A stretch of 64,000 bases of DNA from an uncultured Candidatus Saccharibacteria bacterium (GCA_965230995.1 OZ246398.1:656213-720212), one strand, 5' to 3'. Shown: positions 20,324 to 31,016, counted from the stretch's first letter. Numbers and translations: made by a program. The notes: generated from the letters alone by a model not told the origin.

Positions 20324-20352
20324 AAAAAACACCCGCTCGGGTGTTTTTTAAT
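20324..20352. terminator. rho-independent terminator after typA (ACACCCGCTCGGGTGT plus T-run)
   Basis: Hairpin plus TTTTTT. Confidence 0.7.
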
Positions 20353-20579
20353 AAAGTTTACAAGATAATTATTTTTGATATATTGAAGAACAGCCAATTG
20401 AACCTTTCGTGGAGTCTGTGTTGTGGAAAGCCAAAAGAAACAAGGTTTTTTCAGTGCGAACCTGACCGAGATTCTCATCGCGACTCTGATGCTGGTGATA
20501 GCAATCACCGTTGCGTTCTCAAACCTAGTCGCACAAAAATAGGAGACCCCGCCACCCAAGAAGAGGTGGCTTGTTCGTA

Positions 20580-21308
20580 TCAACCGATTTTTGTCCTAGT
20601 TATATTTAAAGCAAAAGCTTCACTACCAATTGATTTTCCAAGATCGTTTGCATAAGCTCTAACATAAAAACCTGAGCCAACATTCAATCTCATTTTAATA
20701 ATCGGGAAAGACTCAAAATTTGTAGTACCAAAAAAATCTTTCCATCTATCCAATATTTCTTTTTGTCTAAAATCACCCGAGACAGTTGATATTTTTCTAT
20801 ATATCTCTTTCTCTAATTCGCTACTATCAATTTCCCCTATTGATAATATTTCTGCAGAATAAACAGTGACCTTGTGAGAAGGCAAAATAACGTCACTGTT
20901 TTCCCTTGCGTGATTGTGCAACTGAATTCCGTTTACTGTTTTAGAAGAATATAACGGATATTTTTGTTCTATTTCCCCAATATTTTTTTGTACAAATTTT
21001 TCAATTTTTTCTTCAAAATCTTTTTTAATATTTGCTTCATTTAGAACCAGACCAAGAGGATCAAAGGTGTCTGTGCCAATACCCAAAACAATATCAGTTT
21101 CGTATGTCTTTGGAAGAATAGTAAATTCATTTTTTCTATGTACCATTTCACCCGAAAGTATAATCATTTCACCTTGTGCCAATGGATCAAGACGCCCAGC
21201 GTAAGTCATTTTTATGTCTTTGTATTCTGGTTTTTCAGATCTAATTCTATTTATGACCTGTAGAGGAGTCTCGCCTTCTTTTTTCCAAATCCTGATTACA
21301 TTTTCCAT
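20580..21308 (-). CDS. truB: tRNA pseudouridine(55) synthase TruB (short, no PUA domain)
   Basis: AGRLDPLAQG catalytic Asp motif and KTYETDIVLGIGTDTFDPLG motif typical of TruB. Confidence 0.7.
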   Translation of the reverse strand: MENVIRIWKKEGETPLQVINRIRSEKPEYKDIKMTYAGRLDPLAQGEMIILSGEMVHRKNEFTILPKTYETDIVLGIGTDTFDPLGLVLNEANIKKDFEEKIEKFVQKNIGEIEQKYPLYSSKTVNGIQLHNHARENSDVILPSHKVTVYSAEILSIGEIDSSELEKEIYRKISTVSGDFRQKEILDRWKDFFGTTNFESFPIIKMRLNVGSGFYVRAYANDLGKSIGSEAFALNITRTKIG

Positions 21309-21382
21309 TATGCTGATTATACATAAAAAATATTTTTAATATAGAAATTTGTACTTGTTAAAAGAGCTCTATTTGATTAGAA

Positions 21383-22681
21383 TTGCTATATATGAAAAAC
21401 AAAGGCCTTTCTACAGATAGTTACAAAGGGGTGAGAGATTTTTATCCAGAAGATATGGCTATCTTAAAACACATTTTTAATGTGTGGACAAAAACCGCTG
21501 AAAGCTATGGTTTTTTGCAATATGATGCTTCTATTTTAGAATCGGCAGAACTATACAAAGCAAAATCTGGAGAAGAAATCGTAAACGAACAAACTTACAC
21601 ATTCACTGACAGAGGTGGTCGTGAAGTTACCCTGAGACCAGAAATGACTCCAACCCTTGCAAGAATGATTGCGCACAAACAAAAGGAACTTGTCTTCCCT
21701 ATCAGATGGTTTTCTATTCCAAATCTTTTTAGATACGAACAACCTCAAAAAGGTAGACTGCGAGAACACTATCAATTAAACGTTGATATGTTTGGAATAT
21801 CTGGTATCGAAGCCGAGCTTGAAATACTTTCTCTCGCAAGCAAAATAATGCTAAATTTTGGAGCAAAAGAAAGTGATTTTGTAATCCAAATAAATAATAG
21901 AAAGATTGTAAACAAAATATACAATTTGTTTGAGCTAGATGACGAGTCTTCATATAAAATATCAAAACTCATCGACAAGAAAAACAAAATACCAAAAGAA
22001 ACATTTGAAGATGCAGTTTCTGAAGTATTAAATGACAAAGCAAAGGATTTTCTCAAAACAATTTCAAATGTGGAATCGGTAATTCAAAAATTGGGAGAAA
22101 AAGACGAAGACATCGTATTGGTCAAAGAGATTATAGACGGACTTCAAAAAATAGGCATAAAGAATGTCGTATTCAATCCGCTACTTATGAGGGGTTTTGA
22201 TTATTACACTGGAATAGTATTTGAAGTCTTTGATACAAATCCTGAAAACAGACGTTCTATGTTTGGCGGTGGTAGATACGATGATTTGCTATCAATCTTT
22301 GGCAAAGAAAAAATACCGGCTTTCGGTTTTGGTATGGGAGATGTAGTATTGCGAGACTTTTTGGAAAGCAGAAATCTCTTGCCAGCAAATATTTCCAAAA
22401 CTGATTTAATGATATGCAGAGTTGACGAAACAGAAATGCATGCACTTTTAAGGATTGCCGATCAATTGAGAGAGCAAGGAATAAATGTGGTCATTTCAAA
22501 CTCAAATACAAAGGTTGGTGATCAAATTAAAAAAGCTGAAAAGATGAAAATTCCTTTCATTGTTTGTATCGGAGAAAAAGAAACTGAAAGTGGAATTTTT
22601 GAAATTAAACACCTTGAAACTGGCAAGGTTGAAAAAACAAAATTGGATGAATTTGCTTCTGTTATAAAACCTCGCAATTAA
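21383..22681 (+). CDS. hisS: histidine--tRNA ligase
   Basis: Class II aaRS motifs (RDFYPEDM, TFTDRGGREVTLRPEMT, GGGRYDDL) plus C-terminal anticodon-binding domain. True start possibly 21392. Confidence 0.9.
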   Translation: MLYMKNKGLSTDSYKGVRDFYPEDMAILKHIFNVWTKTAESYGFLQYDASILESAELYKAKSGEEIVNEQTYTFTDRGGREVTLRPEMTPTLARMIAHKQKELVFPIRWFSIPNLFRYEQPQKGRLREHYQLNVDMFGISGIEAELEILSLASKIMLNFGAKESDFVIQINNRKIVNKIYNLFELDDESSYKISKLIDKKNKIPKETFEDAVSEVLNDKAKDFLKTISNVESVIQKLGEKDEDIVLVKEIIDGLQKIGIKNVVFNPLLMRGFDYYTGIVFEVFDTNPENRRSMFGGGRYDDLLSIFGKEKIPAFGFGMGDVVLRDFLESRNLLPANISKTDLMICRVDETEMHALLRIADQLREQGINVVISNSNTKVGDQIKKAEKMKIPFIVCIGEKETESGIFEIKHLETGKVEKTKLDEFASVIKPRN

Positions 22682-22720
22682 TTTTCTTTTTATCATAATT
22701 GTGAGATAATTTCCTCTCGT

Positions 22721-23299
22721 ATGAGAAAAATAGTTTTTGACATTGAAACTTCTAATGTATTTTCCGAAGTCGGTTCTACGAATTCAGAAGATTTGGATAT
22801 ATCTGTTGTGGGTGTTTATGATTCCGAAACAGATAGTTATTACAGCTACGAAAAAGAAGAGCTCGGCAAGCTTTGGCCAATATTAGAAAAGACAGACATT
22901 ATGATTGGTTTTAATTCCGAACATTTTGATTTGCCACTTCTAAACAAATATTATCCTGGAGATTTATCAAGAATAAAAAACCTCGATATACTGAAGGAAA
23001 TCAAGGACCAATTTGGAAGAAGAATGAAATTAGATCAAATTGCAGAAGGGACTCTAGGAATAAATAAATCAGGACACGGTCTCGATGCTGTGAAATGGTG
23101 GAGAAACGGAGAAAAAGAAAAAGTTAAATCATACTGTCTAGATGACGTCCGTATCACAAAAGATGTTTATGATTTTGCTATGAAAAATAGCCTGCTCAAA
23201 TTCAAAGAAGGTGGAAAGATAATTGAAATTAAACTAGACGTTTCAAAATGGGAAAATCTCGGTGACGCTGGAGCAATGACTCACACCCTGCCTTTTTAA
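22721..23299 (+). CDS. DEDD-family 3'-5' exonuclease (RNase H-like fold)
   Basis: FDIETS (Exo I) and YCLDDV (Exo III-like) motifs. 192 aa. Confidence 0.6.
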   Translation: MRKIVFDIETSNVFSEVGSTNSEDLDISVVGVYDSETDSYYSYEKEELGKLWPILEKTDIMIGFNSEHFDLPLLNKYYPGDLSRIKNLDILKEIKDQFGRRMKLDQIAEGTLGINKSGHGLDAVKWWRNGEKEKVKSYCLDDVRITKDVYDFAMKNSLLKFKEGGKIIEIKLDVSKWENLGDAGAMTHTLPF

Positions 23300-24088
23300 T
23301 TATTCAAAGATAACAAAGGCAACCATAATTAGAAAACCGGCAACTATTCCGAGAAATTGGATGAGTGATTTTTTGACTTCAGTTATTTTATGTAATTCTG
23401 GCACAAGGTCTGAAGCGGCAATATAGATGAATGCCCCTGCTGTAAATGCATTTGCAAGAATTAAAAATCCATCAACGTCTTTTGCAAGTAACACAACAAT
23501 TACTCCAAGCAGAGAAACGAGTGCGGAACTGAAATTTAAAATTAATGCTTTTGCCCTAGAAAAACCCGAGTGAAGCAAAATAGCAAAGTCACTGATTTCT
23601 TGTGGAATTTCGTGGAATAAAACAGCAATTGTTGTTGCAATACCCAAAGGCACGCTTGTCATAAATGATGCTGTTATTACAATTCCATCAATCAAGTTAT
23701 GGATACCGTCTCCAAATATTACCATCTTGCCTATGTGTTCGCTTGATTCTGTGGCGTGTTTCTCTCCTTCTACATGACAGTCTTTGCATTCGTTTTCATC
23801 AATAGAGTGTGCATGATGCCATCTAAAGAATTTTTCCAGAACAAAGAATACGAGTACACCCAAAAAGACACTGACCGCCAAAGCCATCTCAGATTCTGCC
23901 TCTGCTAATGTATCTGGCAATATATGAACAAATACATCTCCCAAGAGCACACCCACAGACAGGCTAACCAAAAAGAAAATTATTCTATCTAGAATTTTTT
24001 TGCTTAATGATAAAAAGAAAATACCCACTAGGGATATGACACTTACCGAAAAAACAGCTATAAATGAATATAATAACTCTATTTGCAT
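23300..24088 (-). CDS. zupT: ZIP-family divalent metal transporter
   Basis: HEIPQEISDFAILL signature and His-rich loop (HHAHSIDENECKDCHVEGEKH). Confidence 0.8.
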   Translation of the reverse strand: MQIELLYSFIAVFSVSVISLVGIFFLSLSKKILDRIIFFLVSLSVGVLLGDVFVHILPDTLAEAESEMALAVSVFLGVLVFFVLEKFFRWHHAHSIDENECKDCHVEGEKHATESSEHIGKMVIFGDGIHNLIDGIVITASFMTSVPLGIATTIAVLFHEIPQEISDFAILLHSGFSRAKALILNFSSALVSLLGVIVVLLAKDVDGFLILANAFTAGAFIYIAASDLVPELHKITEVKKSLIQFLGIVAGFLIMVAFVIFE

Positions 24089-24157
24089 ATAATGGATATT
24101 CTACCAATTTTAAATTAAAATGCTATACTCATAAGTATATAAATTAAGAAAAAAGTA

Positions 24158-24946
24158 ATGCAAAATAATTCAGTTCCAATTGCAATAGTAATCGCTGGAA
24201 TCCTGGTCGCGGGATCAATATTTTATGTGAATAAAGGTGATAGCGAGGCGACAAACACAAAATCAACAGAGGCAAACACATCTTTCAAGATTGATATAAA
24301 GCAAGTATCAACAGATGATCACATACTCGGAAAACCCGACGCTTATGCAAAAATAGTTGAATATTCAGATACTGACTGTCCATATTGCAAGAACTTTCAT
24401 ACAACTATGAAGCAAGTTATGGACCAATATGGAAAGGACGGAAAAGTAGCTTGGGTATATAGGCATTTCCCTATTGATGGACTTCATCCAAACGCACGTA
24501 TGCAAGCTGAAGCAACAGAATGCGTTGCATCTATCAAAGGATCCGAATCATTCTGGACTTTCCTCGATTCAATATATTTTGCAAAAAGAACAAATGGCGG
24601 GATAGCTTCATCAGAACTATATTCACTTTCATCAAAGGCTGGAGTACCACAGTCTGATTTAAAAAAATGCGTAGACGCTGGAACATATAAAAATAAAGTA
24701 GAGGAATCAGTTGTCGAGGCCACTGTTGCTGGTGCATCGGGAACACCTTACAACGTAATTATTCTGAACGAAAAACTTTCTGACGACAAAATATTGGCAA
24801 TCAAAGAATTGAACGACAAGCTTACAGATGGCGATACTTCTTACTATGTCGTTAGAGTAGATAGTGAAAACAAAGACAAAGTAGCTATGTTTGGAGCTCT
24901 GCCATTCAATCTCGTAAAATCAATCCTAGATATAATACTCGCCTAA
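24158..24946 (+). CDS. DsbA-like thiol:disulfide oxidoreductase (thioredoxin fold, CPYC)
   Basis: N-terminal TM anchor. CPYC active site within a DsbA-like domain. Confidence 0.75.
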   Translation: MQNNSVPIAIVIAGILVAGSIFYVNKGDSEATNTKSTEANTSFKIDIKQVSTDDHILGKPDAYAKIVEYSDTDCPYCKNFHTTMKQVMDQYGKDGKVAWVYRHFPIDGLHPNARMQAEATECVASIKGSESFWTFLDSIYFAKRTNGGIASSELYSLSSKAGVPQSDLKKCVDAGTYKNKVEESVVEATVAGASGTPYNVIILNEKLSDDKILAIKELNDKLTDGDTSYYVVRVDSENKDKVAMFGALPFNLVKSILDIILA

Positions 24947-27936
24947 AGATTTTTTAGAGCGCAATATTCGCAATTCTTTTCACCGCAACCCTTTTTAAGG
25001 AAGTCTCCGGAAAGGATATCTTTTGTCATGCCAAATATTTCTTCTTTGATATGCTGGATATCCTCGTCAGTGACATTTTTTGTTTTTTGTTCAAATGCTT
25101 TTTTTTCTTCGTTTTTTTCTATAAAGTCCAAAAGGGCTTCTTGTATTTTTACGAAACCATCCCTATAGCCATCCAAAAGCAAATGATAAAAGACTATCTG
25201 CCTATCTAGACCTTCCTTTTCTTGTTTATCTTTTTGCGAATATGTTTTACCTGTTTTGTAGTCAACCAATGAAATATTACCCTCGCCAATTTTGTCCAGA
25301 TAAATTATCTTGTCTATTTTTCCTGTTAATTTTATCTTTTCATCCTGAATTTCGATTGTTTTGGTTATTTTCTGTTCAACATCAACATTAAATGACCATT
25401 TTTTATGGTATTCATCGTAATAATCAGAAATATTTTCAAGACCACGCTTTAGATATTTTTTATAATCTCTGTCGTTTAATGATGTTTCTAGCATATATCC
25501 TTTAAAGGAATCCAGGATTTCTTGTTTCTTTAAAAATACCCCTTCCTCTTTGCTTTTTTTAAAGAAATATTCAAGAGTTTTGTGTACAGCATCTCCATAA
25601 ATCATAATTGGTGAATACGGCGAAGGTATTCTGACTAGATTTTTATAGAAATATTTCAGTGGACATTTAATATAATTATTTAGTGCAGTTACACTAATAC
25701 CTCGTTCAAGAAATAGCCTTTTGATAAGATCTTTGTCAAAGTCATCTTTTTTCTTTTCATAATATGTAAGAAAAGTTTTCAAGTCACCTATAGATGTTTT
25801 TTCAAAATCAGCTGTCTCTATTCTTTTTATGCTTTGCTCTTCTATTTCATTTAAGAACTGGCTTTTTTCTAAATCCCCACCTTCCCAATCGCTCTGTGAT
25901 GATGAAATATACAAACCATTCTTTGCTCTGGTCATAGCGACATAAAAAAGTCTCCTTTCATCTTCAACACATTCTTTTACGGTATCAATTGGAAGACTGA
26001 ATCTAATGCCCCCTCTCTGTTTTTCCCAATTTTTTCTTGTGGCATTTACAATGAAAACATATTTAAATTCGAGCCCCTTACTCTTGTGAGCGGTCATAAG
26101 CCTAACCCCATCTACAATTTCTAGATCTTCGCTTTTAACTTCAATTTCGTATTTATCACAGAGATCAAACAGAGTAACAATATCTTTTATATAATAATTT
26201 TTCTTCTTTGATTTGTGTCTTTTAATTTCTTCAAAAATTTTGTCTAATTTCAGAATATTAATTATTCCGTCTTTTGATTTTGCTATATGTGAAATATATC
26301 CACAATCATTTAGGACTTTTTTAAAGAAATCTACCGCGTCGTAATTATCTGATTCTGATTTTAGAGAGATAAGTTTTTTAGAAATTGACTCATATTTTGA
26401 AGTATCTACTATGCCAATTTTTGAAAGTTTTCTAGAATCACCAAGATATGAGACGAGGTTTATGGTGTTTTTTCTCTTTTCAAATGCATATCCATTAGTA
26501 ATAGCGATAACTTCGTTTTGTGGCAAACCAAGAAATTCACACAAAAGTAGTTTTGCAAGAGATTCGTCATCCGAAAGATTTGAGACTGATTTTAGAAGCA
26601 GAATTGCAGATTGTATATGCGGATCAGACAAAACATTGTCTTTTGAATAGACAGAAAATGGAATACCAAAGGCAAGCAGAACGTGTTTTATGTCGTCTAT
26701 TAGTTTATTTTTTCTGTAAATAATTGCGATGTCATTCGGTTTTTCTCCTTTTTTTATCAATTCCAAAATTTTCTTTGCAACATAAAGTAGCTCGAACTTA
26801 TAATTTGAAAATTCTGACACTTCGACCTTTTCGCTATTTGATTTTTGCGTAGATAATTTGTGGTCTTGATATTTTTCTCCATTAAGACATATCAAACTGT
26901 GACTAGAATCTAAGATGTCTTTTGTTGATCTGTAATTTTCTTTTAGAGAGATAATTTCAACGTCTCTAAACAAATCGATTAAATGATTAAATGTCTTTTC
27001 ACTCGCCCCCTGGAATCTATATATAGACTGTTTTTCATCTCCCACCGTAAATAGATTTGGTCTGCCTTCTAGATGTGGAGCATTAGTCAAAAGCTCAATC
27101 AATTTGTTTTGTCCGTCGTTTGTGTCTTGGTGTTCATCTACGTGGACATATTGAAATTGTTCACCTAATTCGAGCCTCAGATCAGAGTTATTTTCTAGAG
27201 CATTAATTACAGACAAAACCATATCGTTAAAGTCGTAATACCTTCTTGCGGTTAGCTCTTCTTCGTATTTGTATAGAAAATCACATATTTCTTTTGCTTT
27301 GTTTACTTTGCCCTCTATCTTATCTGCTTCAGCCGGTTTAATGTCACCCGCTTTATAAACACCTGTTTTTTTCTTGTAATAAACCTCGTCCGAAGACATT
27401 AGAGAATTTCTCCAATCTAATATTCTTTTATCAAATTCCTTTGGACTTAGACCTTCTGATTTTATACTATCAATTGCATCCAATATTCTCTTTACAGAAG
27501 ATAATTCATCGTTTTTTGAAGTGATATGTTTGTATTCACTAGATTTGATTATTTTTTCTACAACATTAATCCTTTCTATGTCATCAATTGCGCTTCTGCT
27601 TGAAAAATCTTCAAAATAGAATTCAAAATTCTTTATTACGTATTCACAAAATGAATGGAAGGTAAAAATATTTAATCTATAGCTAGCATCACCAATCAAA
27701 GTAAAAAGTTTTTCTCGCATCGCTCTCACTCCAGCATTAGTAAAAGTAAGAGCCAAAATTTGTTCAGGTTTTGTGTCTGTTTTTCGCAAAATGTTAGCAA
27801 TTCGAAGAGACAGGATTGTCGTCTTGCCTGTTCCAGGGCCAGCAATTACCGCAACTGGACCTTCAATCATATCTACAGCTCGTTTTTGCTCTTTATTTAA
27901 CCTCTTATAGCTATTTGTGAATTCCTTTGTATCCAT
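24943..27936 (-). CDS. UvrD/PcrA-family helicase fused to C-terminal RecB/Cas4-like PD-(D/E)xK nuclease with Cys cluster (AddA/AddB-like single polypeptide)
   Basis: Walker A AGPGTGKTT and UvrD motifs. C-terminal ...LVDYKTGK... nuclease motif III plus terminal Cys cluster (C..CGEKNCEYC). Confidence 0.75.
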   Translation of the reverse strand: MDTKEFTNSYKRLNKEQKRAVDMIEGPVAVIAGPGTGKTTILSLRIANILRKTDTKPEQILALTFTNAGVRAMREKLFTLIGDASYRLNIFTFHSFCEYVIKNFEFYFEDFSSRSAIDDIERINVVEKIIKSSEYKHITSKNDELSSVKRILDAIDSIKSEGLSPKEFDKRILDWRNSLMSSDEVYYKKKTGVYKAGDIKPAEADKIEGKVNKAKEICDFLYKYEEELTARRYYDFNDMVLSVINALENNSDLRLELGEQFQYVHVDEHQDTNDGQNKLIELLTNAPHLEGRPNLFTVGDEKQSIYRFQGASEKTFNHLIDLFRDVEIISLKENYRSTKDILDSSHSLICLNGEKYQDHKLSTQKSNSEKVEVSEFSNYKFELLYVAKKILELIKKGEKPNDIAIIYRKNKLIDDIKHVLLAFGIPFSVYSKDNVLSDPHIQSAILLLKSVSNLSDDESLAKLLLCEFLGLPQNEVIAITNGYAFEKRKNTINLVSYLGDSRKLSKIGIVDTSKYESISKKLISLKSESDNYDAVDFFKKVLNDCGYISHIAKSKDGIINILKLDKIFEEIKRHKSKKKNYYIKDIVTLFDLCDKYEIEVKSEDLEIVDGVRLMTAHKSKGLEFKYVFIVNATRKNWEKQRGGIRFSLPIDTVKECVEDERRLFYVAMTRAKNGLYISSSQSDWEGGDLEKSQFLNEIEEQSIKRIETADFEKTSIGDLKTFLTYYEKKKDDFDKDLIKRLFLERGISVTALNNYIKCPLKYFYKNLVRIPSPYSPIMIYGDAVHKTLEYFFKKSKEEGVFLKKQEILDSFKGYMLETSLNDRDYKKYLKRGLENISDYYDEYHKKWSFNVDVEQKITKTIEIQDEKIKLTGKIDKIIYLDKIGEGNISLVDYKTGKTYSQKDKQEKEGLDRQIVFYHLLLDGYRDGFVKIQEALLDFIEKNEEKKAFEQKTKNVTDEDIQHIKEEIFGMTKDILSGDFLKKGCGEKNCEYCALKNL

Positions 27937-27977
27937 ATATATCAGTTTAAAACAAAAGTAAAAAACTACCTAATCAA

Positions 27978-28009
27978 AAACGCTTCTGCCTGGGCAGAAG
28001 CGTTTTTAA
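27978..28009. terminator. rho-independent terminator after rpoD (AAAAACGCTTCTGCC-tg-GGCAGAAGCGTTTTT)
   Basis: Perfect 13-bp hairpin flanked by A and T runs. Confidence 0.75.
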
Positions 28010-28011
28010 TA

Positions 28012-29253
28012 TTAGTAACCTCGTAGTCTATCAATCTTTTCGTGCTGTCTGATTTTTTCGTGGGCCTTTGCTTCGATTTGTCTGATTCGCTCTCTTGTAA
28101 CACCAAATTCCTTGCCGACTTCTTCTAGTGTGTGTGTTATACCATCAACCAAACCGTGTCGCATTTCGAGAATTCTTCTCTCTTTTGGAGGTAGATCATC
28201 GAGTATTTCACGCACTTGATCTGAAATAATTCTTCTTGATGTTTCCTGATCTGGAGAAAGTATTTTATCGTCAGCAACAAAGTCTCCTAGTGTACTCTTT
28301 CCATCATCACCATCGTCTCCAACAGGACTTTCAAGAGAAACTGTACTTTGATCAATTTTTTCTATTTGATAAACCTTGTCTACTTCTAGATTCATCTCGA
28401 TAGCAATTTCTTCTGGTAGAGGATCTCTGCCCAAATCTTGCGAAAGTCTTCTAACGACCTGTTTATATTTTGCAATTGTTTCAACCATATGCACCGGTAC
28501 TCTAATTGTTCGTGACTGATCTGCTAGAGCTCTTGTGATAGCCTGTCTAATCCACCAAGTTGCATAAGTAGAGAATTTGTAACCTTTTGTCCAATCGAAT
28601 TTATCTACGGCTTTAAACAAACCGAGATTTCCTTCTTGGATTAGGTCGAGCAAAGTCAAATCAGGTGATCTTCCTACATATTTTTTAGCAATAGAAACTA
28701 CCAATCTAAGGTTAGATCTTGCGAGCAAATTTTTTGCCTCTGTATCACCAGCTTCTATTCTCCTTGCAAGTTCTTTTTCTTGAGCACCAGAAATCAACGG
28801 GTACTGACCTATTTCCTTTAGATACATTTGGATTGAATCGTATGAACTATCAGCACCTTTGTTGTACTGATATTTTTTTGACATCAACCCTTCTTCTGGA
28901 TTTTCATCAAGAAGACTTCCCCCTTCTAGAATATCTATTCCAGCATCTGCTATTTTTTCGTAGAGTTCATCGAGAAAGATTATATCGTCTTCGATATGAG
29001 GAAATTCCTTGAGAATTTCATCATAGGTAATAAAGCCCCTCTCCTTTCCTTTTTGAAGAAGTTTTTTTGTCTTGTCTTCTATTTGTTTTGCTCTTTCCTT
29101 TGAAGAAAGTTTTGGTTCTTTTACTTCTGTTTTTGGTTCAGATTTTATGAAATGTTTTACGGCCTTTTTGACTTTACTTTTGTTTTTTTCTACCTTCTTT
29201 GCTGGTTTTTTACTTGAAACCTTTGTTTTTGGAGTTTTTTTCTTTTGAGGCAT
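28012..29253 (-). CDS. rpoD: RNA polymerase sigma-70 factor RpoD
   Basis: Regions 2-4 conserved (DLIQEGNLGLFKAVDKFD, TYATWWIRQAI, EEVGKEFGVTRERIRQIE). Confidence 0.95.
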   Translation of the reverse strand: MPQKKKTPKTKVSSKKPAKKVEKNKSKVKKAVKHFIKSEPKTEVKEPKLSSKERAKQIEDKTKKLLQKGKERGFITYDEILKEFPHIEDDIIFLDELYEKIADAGIDILEGGSLLDENPEEGLMSKKYQYNKGADSSYDSIQMYLKEIGQYPLISGAQEKELARRIEAGDTEAKNLLARSNLRLVVSIAKKYVGRSPDLTLLDLIQEGNLGLFKAVDKFDWTKGYKFSTYATWWIRQAITRALADQSRTIRVPVHMVETIAKYKQVVRRLSQDLGRDPLPEEIAIEMNLEVDKVYQIEKIDQSTVSLESPVGDDGDDGKSTLGDFVADDKILSPDQETSRRIISDQVREILDDLPPKERRILEMRHGLVDGITHTLEEVGKEFGVTRERIRQIEAKAHEKIRQHEKIDRLRGY

Positions 29254-29294
29254 CTTTTTGATTGTTAATTCTTATTAAAATATCCTTTTTATCT

Positions 29295-31016
29295 CTATGT
29301 TGCAAGTAAACTATGTTTTCTCTTGTTTAATTTGTCGTATTTTTCCGAAAGCTCTAATGTTTTACCTGAATCCCCTTTCTGTTCTGAAAAACGCATTTCT
29401 TGTTTAATTTTTTGTAATTCTACGTTTATATGCTCTATTTCGTAAGAACTTAGCAGAGAAGAAACTAGTTCATTTGGTTTGCCCTGTTCTTTTAAAAGAT
29501 ATTCTTCGGATTGAAATAATAATTCTTCTTCTTTACCATCAAATTTTTCAAGCAAAATCCTCAACCCTTCTTGTCCTTTTATTCTTTCAATTTCTGTTCT
29601 GATATGATTTTTTTCCAAATATGGAATTCCTCCGTTTCTCTCGGAAAGTAAAAGGGCTCCAACAATCATTCTTTCTCTCTCTTCTTTTCCAGAAAGTCTA
29701 CCGTCTTGTTTTATTTCTTCTTTTATCTCATCTTTTGTAACACTTTCTAATTTTGCACCATTTTCAAGTTCTGACCAAACCGCTGATTCAGAAAGAGAAA
29801 ATAATTCTGAAATCTTTTTTATATAATGAGCTTTTTCTATCGGGCTTGTAAGAGAAGCAACGAATGGCATTATGTCTGAAGATATTTTTTTGACTTTGTT
29901 TCTAGTATCAATTTTTTCATCAATTAATTCAGACAAAAGATAATCTATGACTGGTTTTGATCCCTTGAGAGAATTTATCCATAAATCTGGATTTTCCTTT
30001 ACCATATCTGCTGGATCTTTACTTCCAACAAGAACAAGTGCCTTTACATCAAAACCCGCTTTTAATGCAAGCAAAGCAGATCTCTTTAGTGCGCTTATTC
30101 CAGCTTTGTCGCTATCAAAAGCAAAAATTATTCTCTTTGTAATTGGTGATAATTTTGCAAGATGCGAAGTAGTAAAAGCAGTACCTGATGATGCTACAAC
30201 ATTTTTAACACCTGCCTGATGTGACATAATTACATCCATCTGGCCTTCTACTATTACAACATAGTCTAGTTTTCTAATGGCTTGCTTTGCTTTGTCCAAA
30301 CCATAAAGAATTTCTGATTTGTTGAAAATTTCTGTTTCTGGAGTATTTAGATATTTAGGTAAATTATCATCCTTTACTGTAATTCTGCCAGTAAAGGCAA
30401 CAATTCTTCCCATTGCATCTCTAATAGGAAAAGTGATTCTGCCACGAAATACGTCATAGACTTGGTCTGACCCCTCTTTTTTCTTTACTAGTCCGGCAGA
30501 AAGCATTTTTTCTTTGCTGATACCTTTGGCAGAAAGAAAATCATACAGCCCTCGCCATTCGTCTCTAGCATAGCCAATATTCCAAGCAATGATTGTTTCT
30601 TTTTTCATTCCCCTATCCAAAAGATATTTTTCTATATCTGAAGATACATTGAACAAAGAAATGTAATAATCCATTGCGAGCGACAAAACATCATAAAGAC
30701 TTTTGTCTATCTTTTTTTCTTGAGTGTATTTTTCATCTGAAAGATCTACCCCTGATCTATCCGCAAGAATTTTTAGAGCTTCTTTAAAATCAACACCTTC
30801 GTATTCTTGTATAAACGAAAATATGTCGCCTTTTGCTCCGCAACCAAAACAATAATAGGAATTTCTTTCGGCAGATACAGTAAAAGACGGCGTCCTCTCG
30901 TTATGGAAAGGACACAGTCCTTTGTGGTGAATTCCTGCTTTTTTCAAAGTCACATAAGAACTCACCACATCGACTATGTTTAATTTTTCTTTGATCTTTT
31001 CGACGGCTCGTGACAT
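29295..31016 (-). CDS. dnaG: DNA primase DnaG
   Basis: Zn-ribbon CPFHNERTPSF...CFGCG. TOPRIM domain (VIVEGQMD). Confidence 0.9.
   Translation of the reverse strand: MSRAVEKIKEKLNIVDVVSSYVTLKKAGIHHKGLCPFHNERTPSFTVSAERNSYYCFGCGAKGDIFSFIQEYEGVDFKEALKILADRSGVDLSDEKYTQEKKIDKSLYDVLSLAMDYYISLFNVSSDIEKYLLDRGMKKETIIAWNIGYARDEWRGLYDFLSAKGISKEKMLSAGLVKKKEGSDQVYDVFRGRITFPIRDAMGRIVAFTGRITVKDDNLPKYLNTPETEIFNKSEILYGLDKAKQAIRKLDYVVIVEGQMDVIMSHQAGVKNVVASSGTAFTTSHLAKLSPITKRIIFAFDSDKAGISALKRSALLALKAGFDVKALVLVGSKDPADMVKENPDLWINSLKGSKPVIDYLLSELIDEKIDTRNKVKKISSDIMPFVASLTSPIEKAHYIKKISELFSLSESAVWSELENGAKLESVTKDEIKEEIKQDGRLSGKEERERMIVGALLLSERNGGIPYLEKNHIRTEIERIKGQEGLRILLEKFDGKEEELLFQSEEYLLKEQGKPNELVSSLLSSYEIEHINVELQKIKQEMRFSEQKGDSGKTLELSEKYDKLNKRKHSLLAT

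Noticed and set aside
20272-20655. 103/104-aa ORFs on both strands between typA and truB
   Set aside because: Each overlaps the 3' end of a well-supported conserved gene (typA or truB). The region is interpreted as non-coding, possibly ncRNA.
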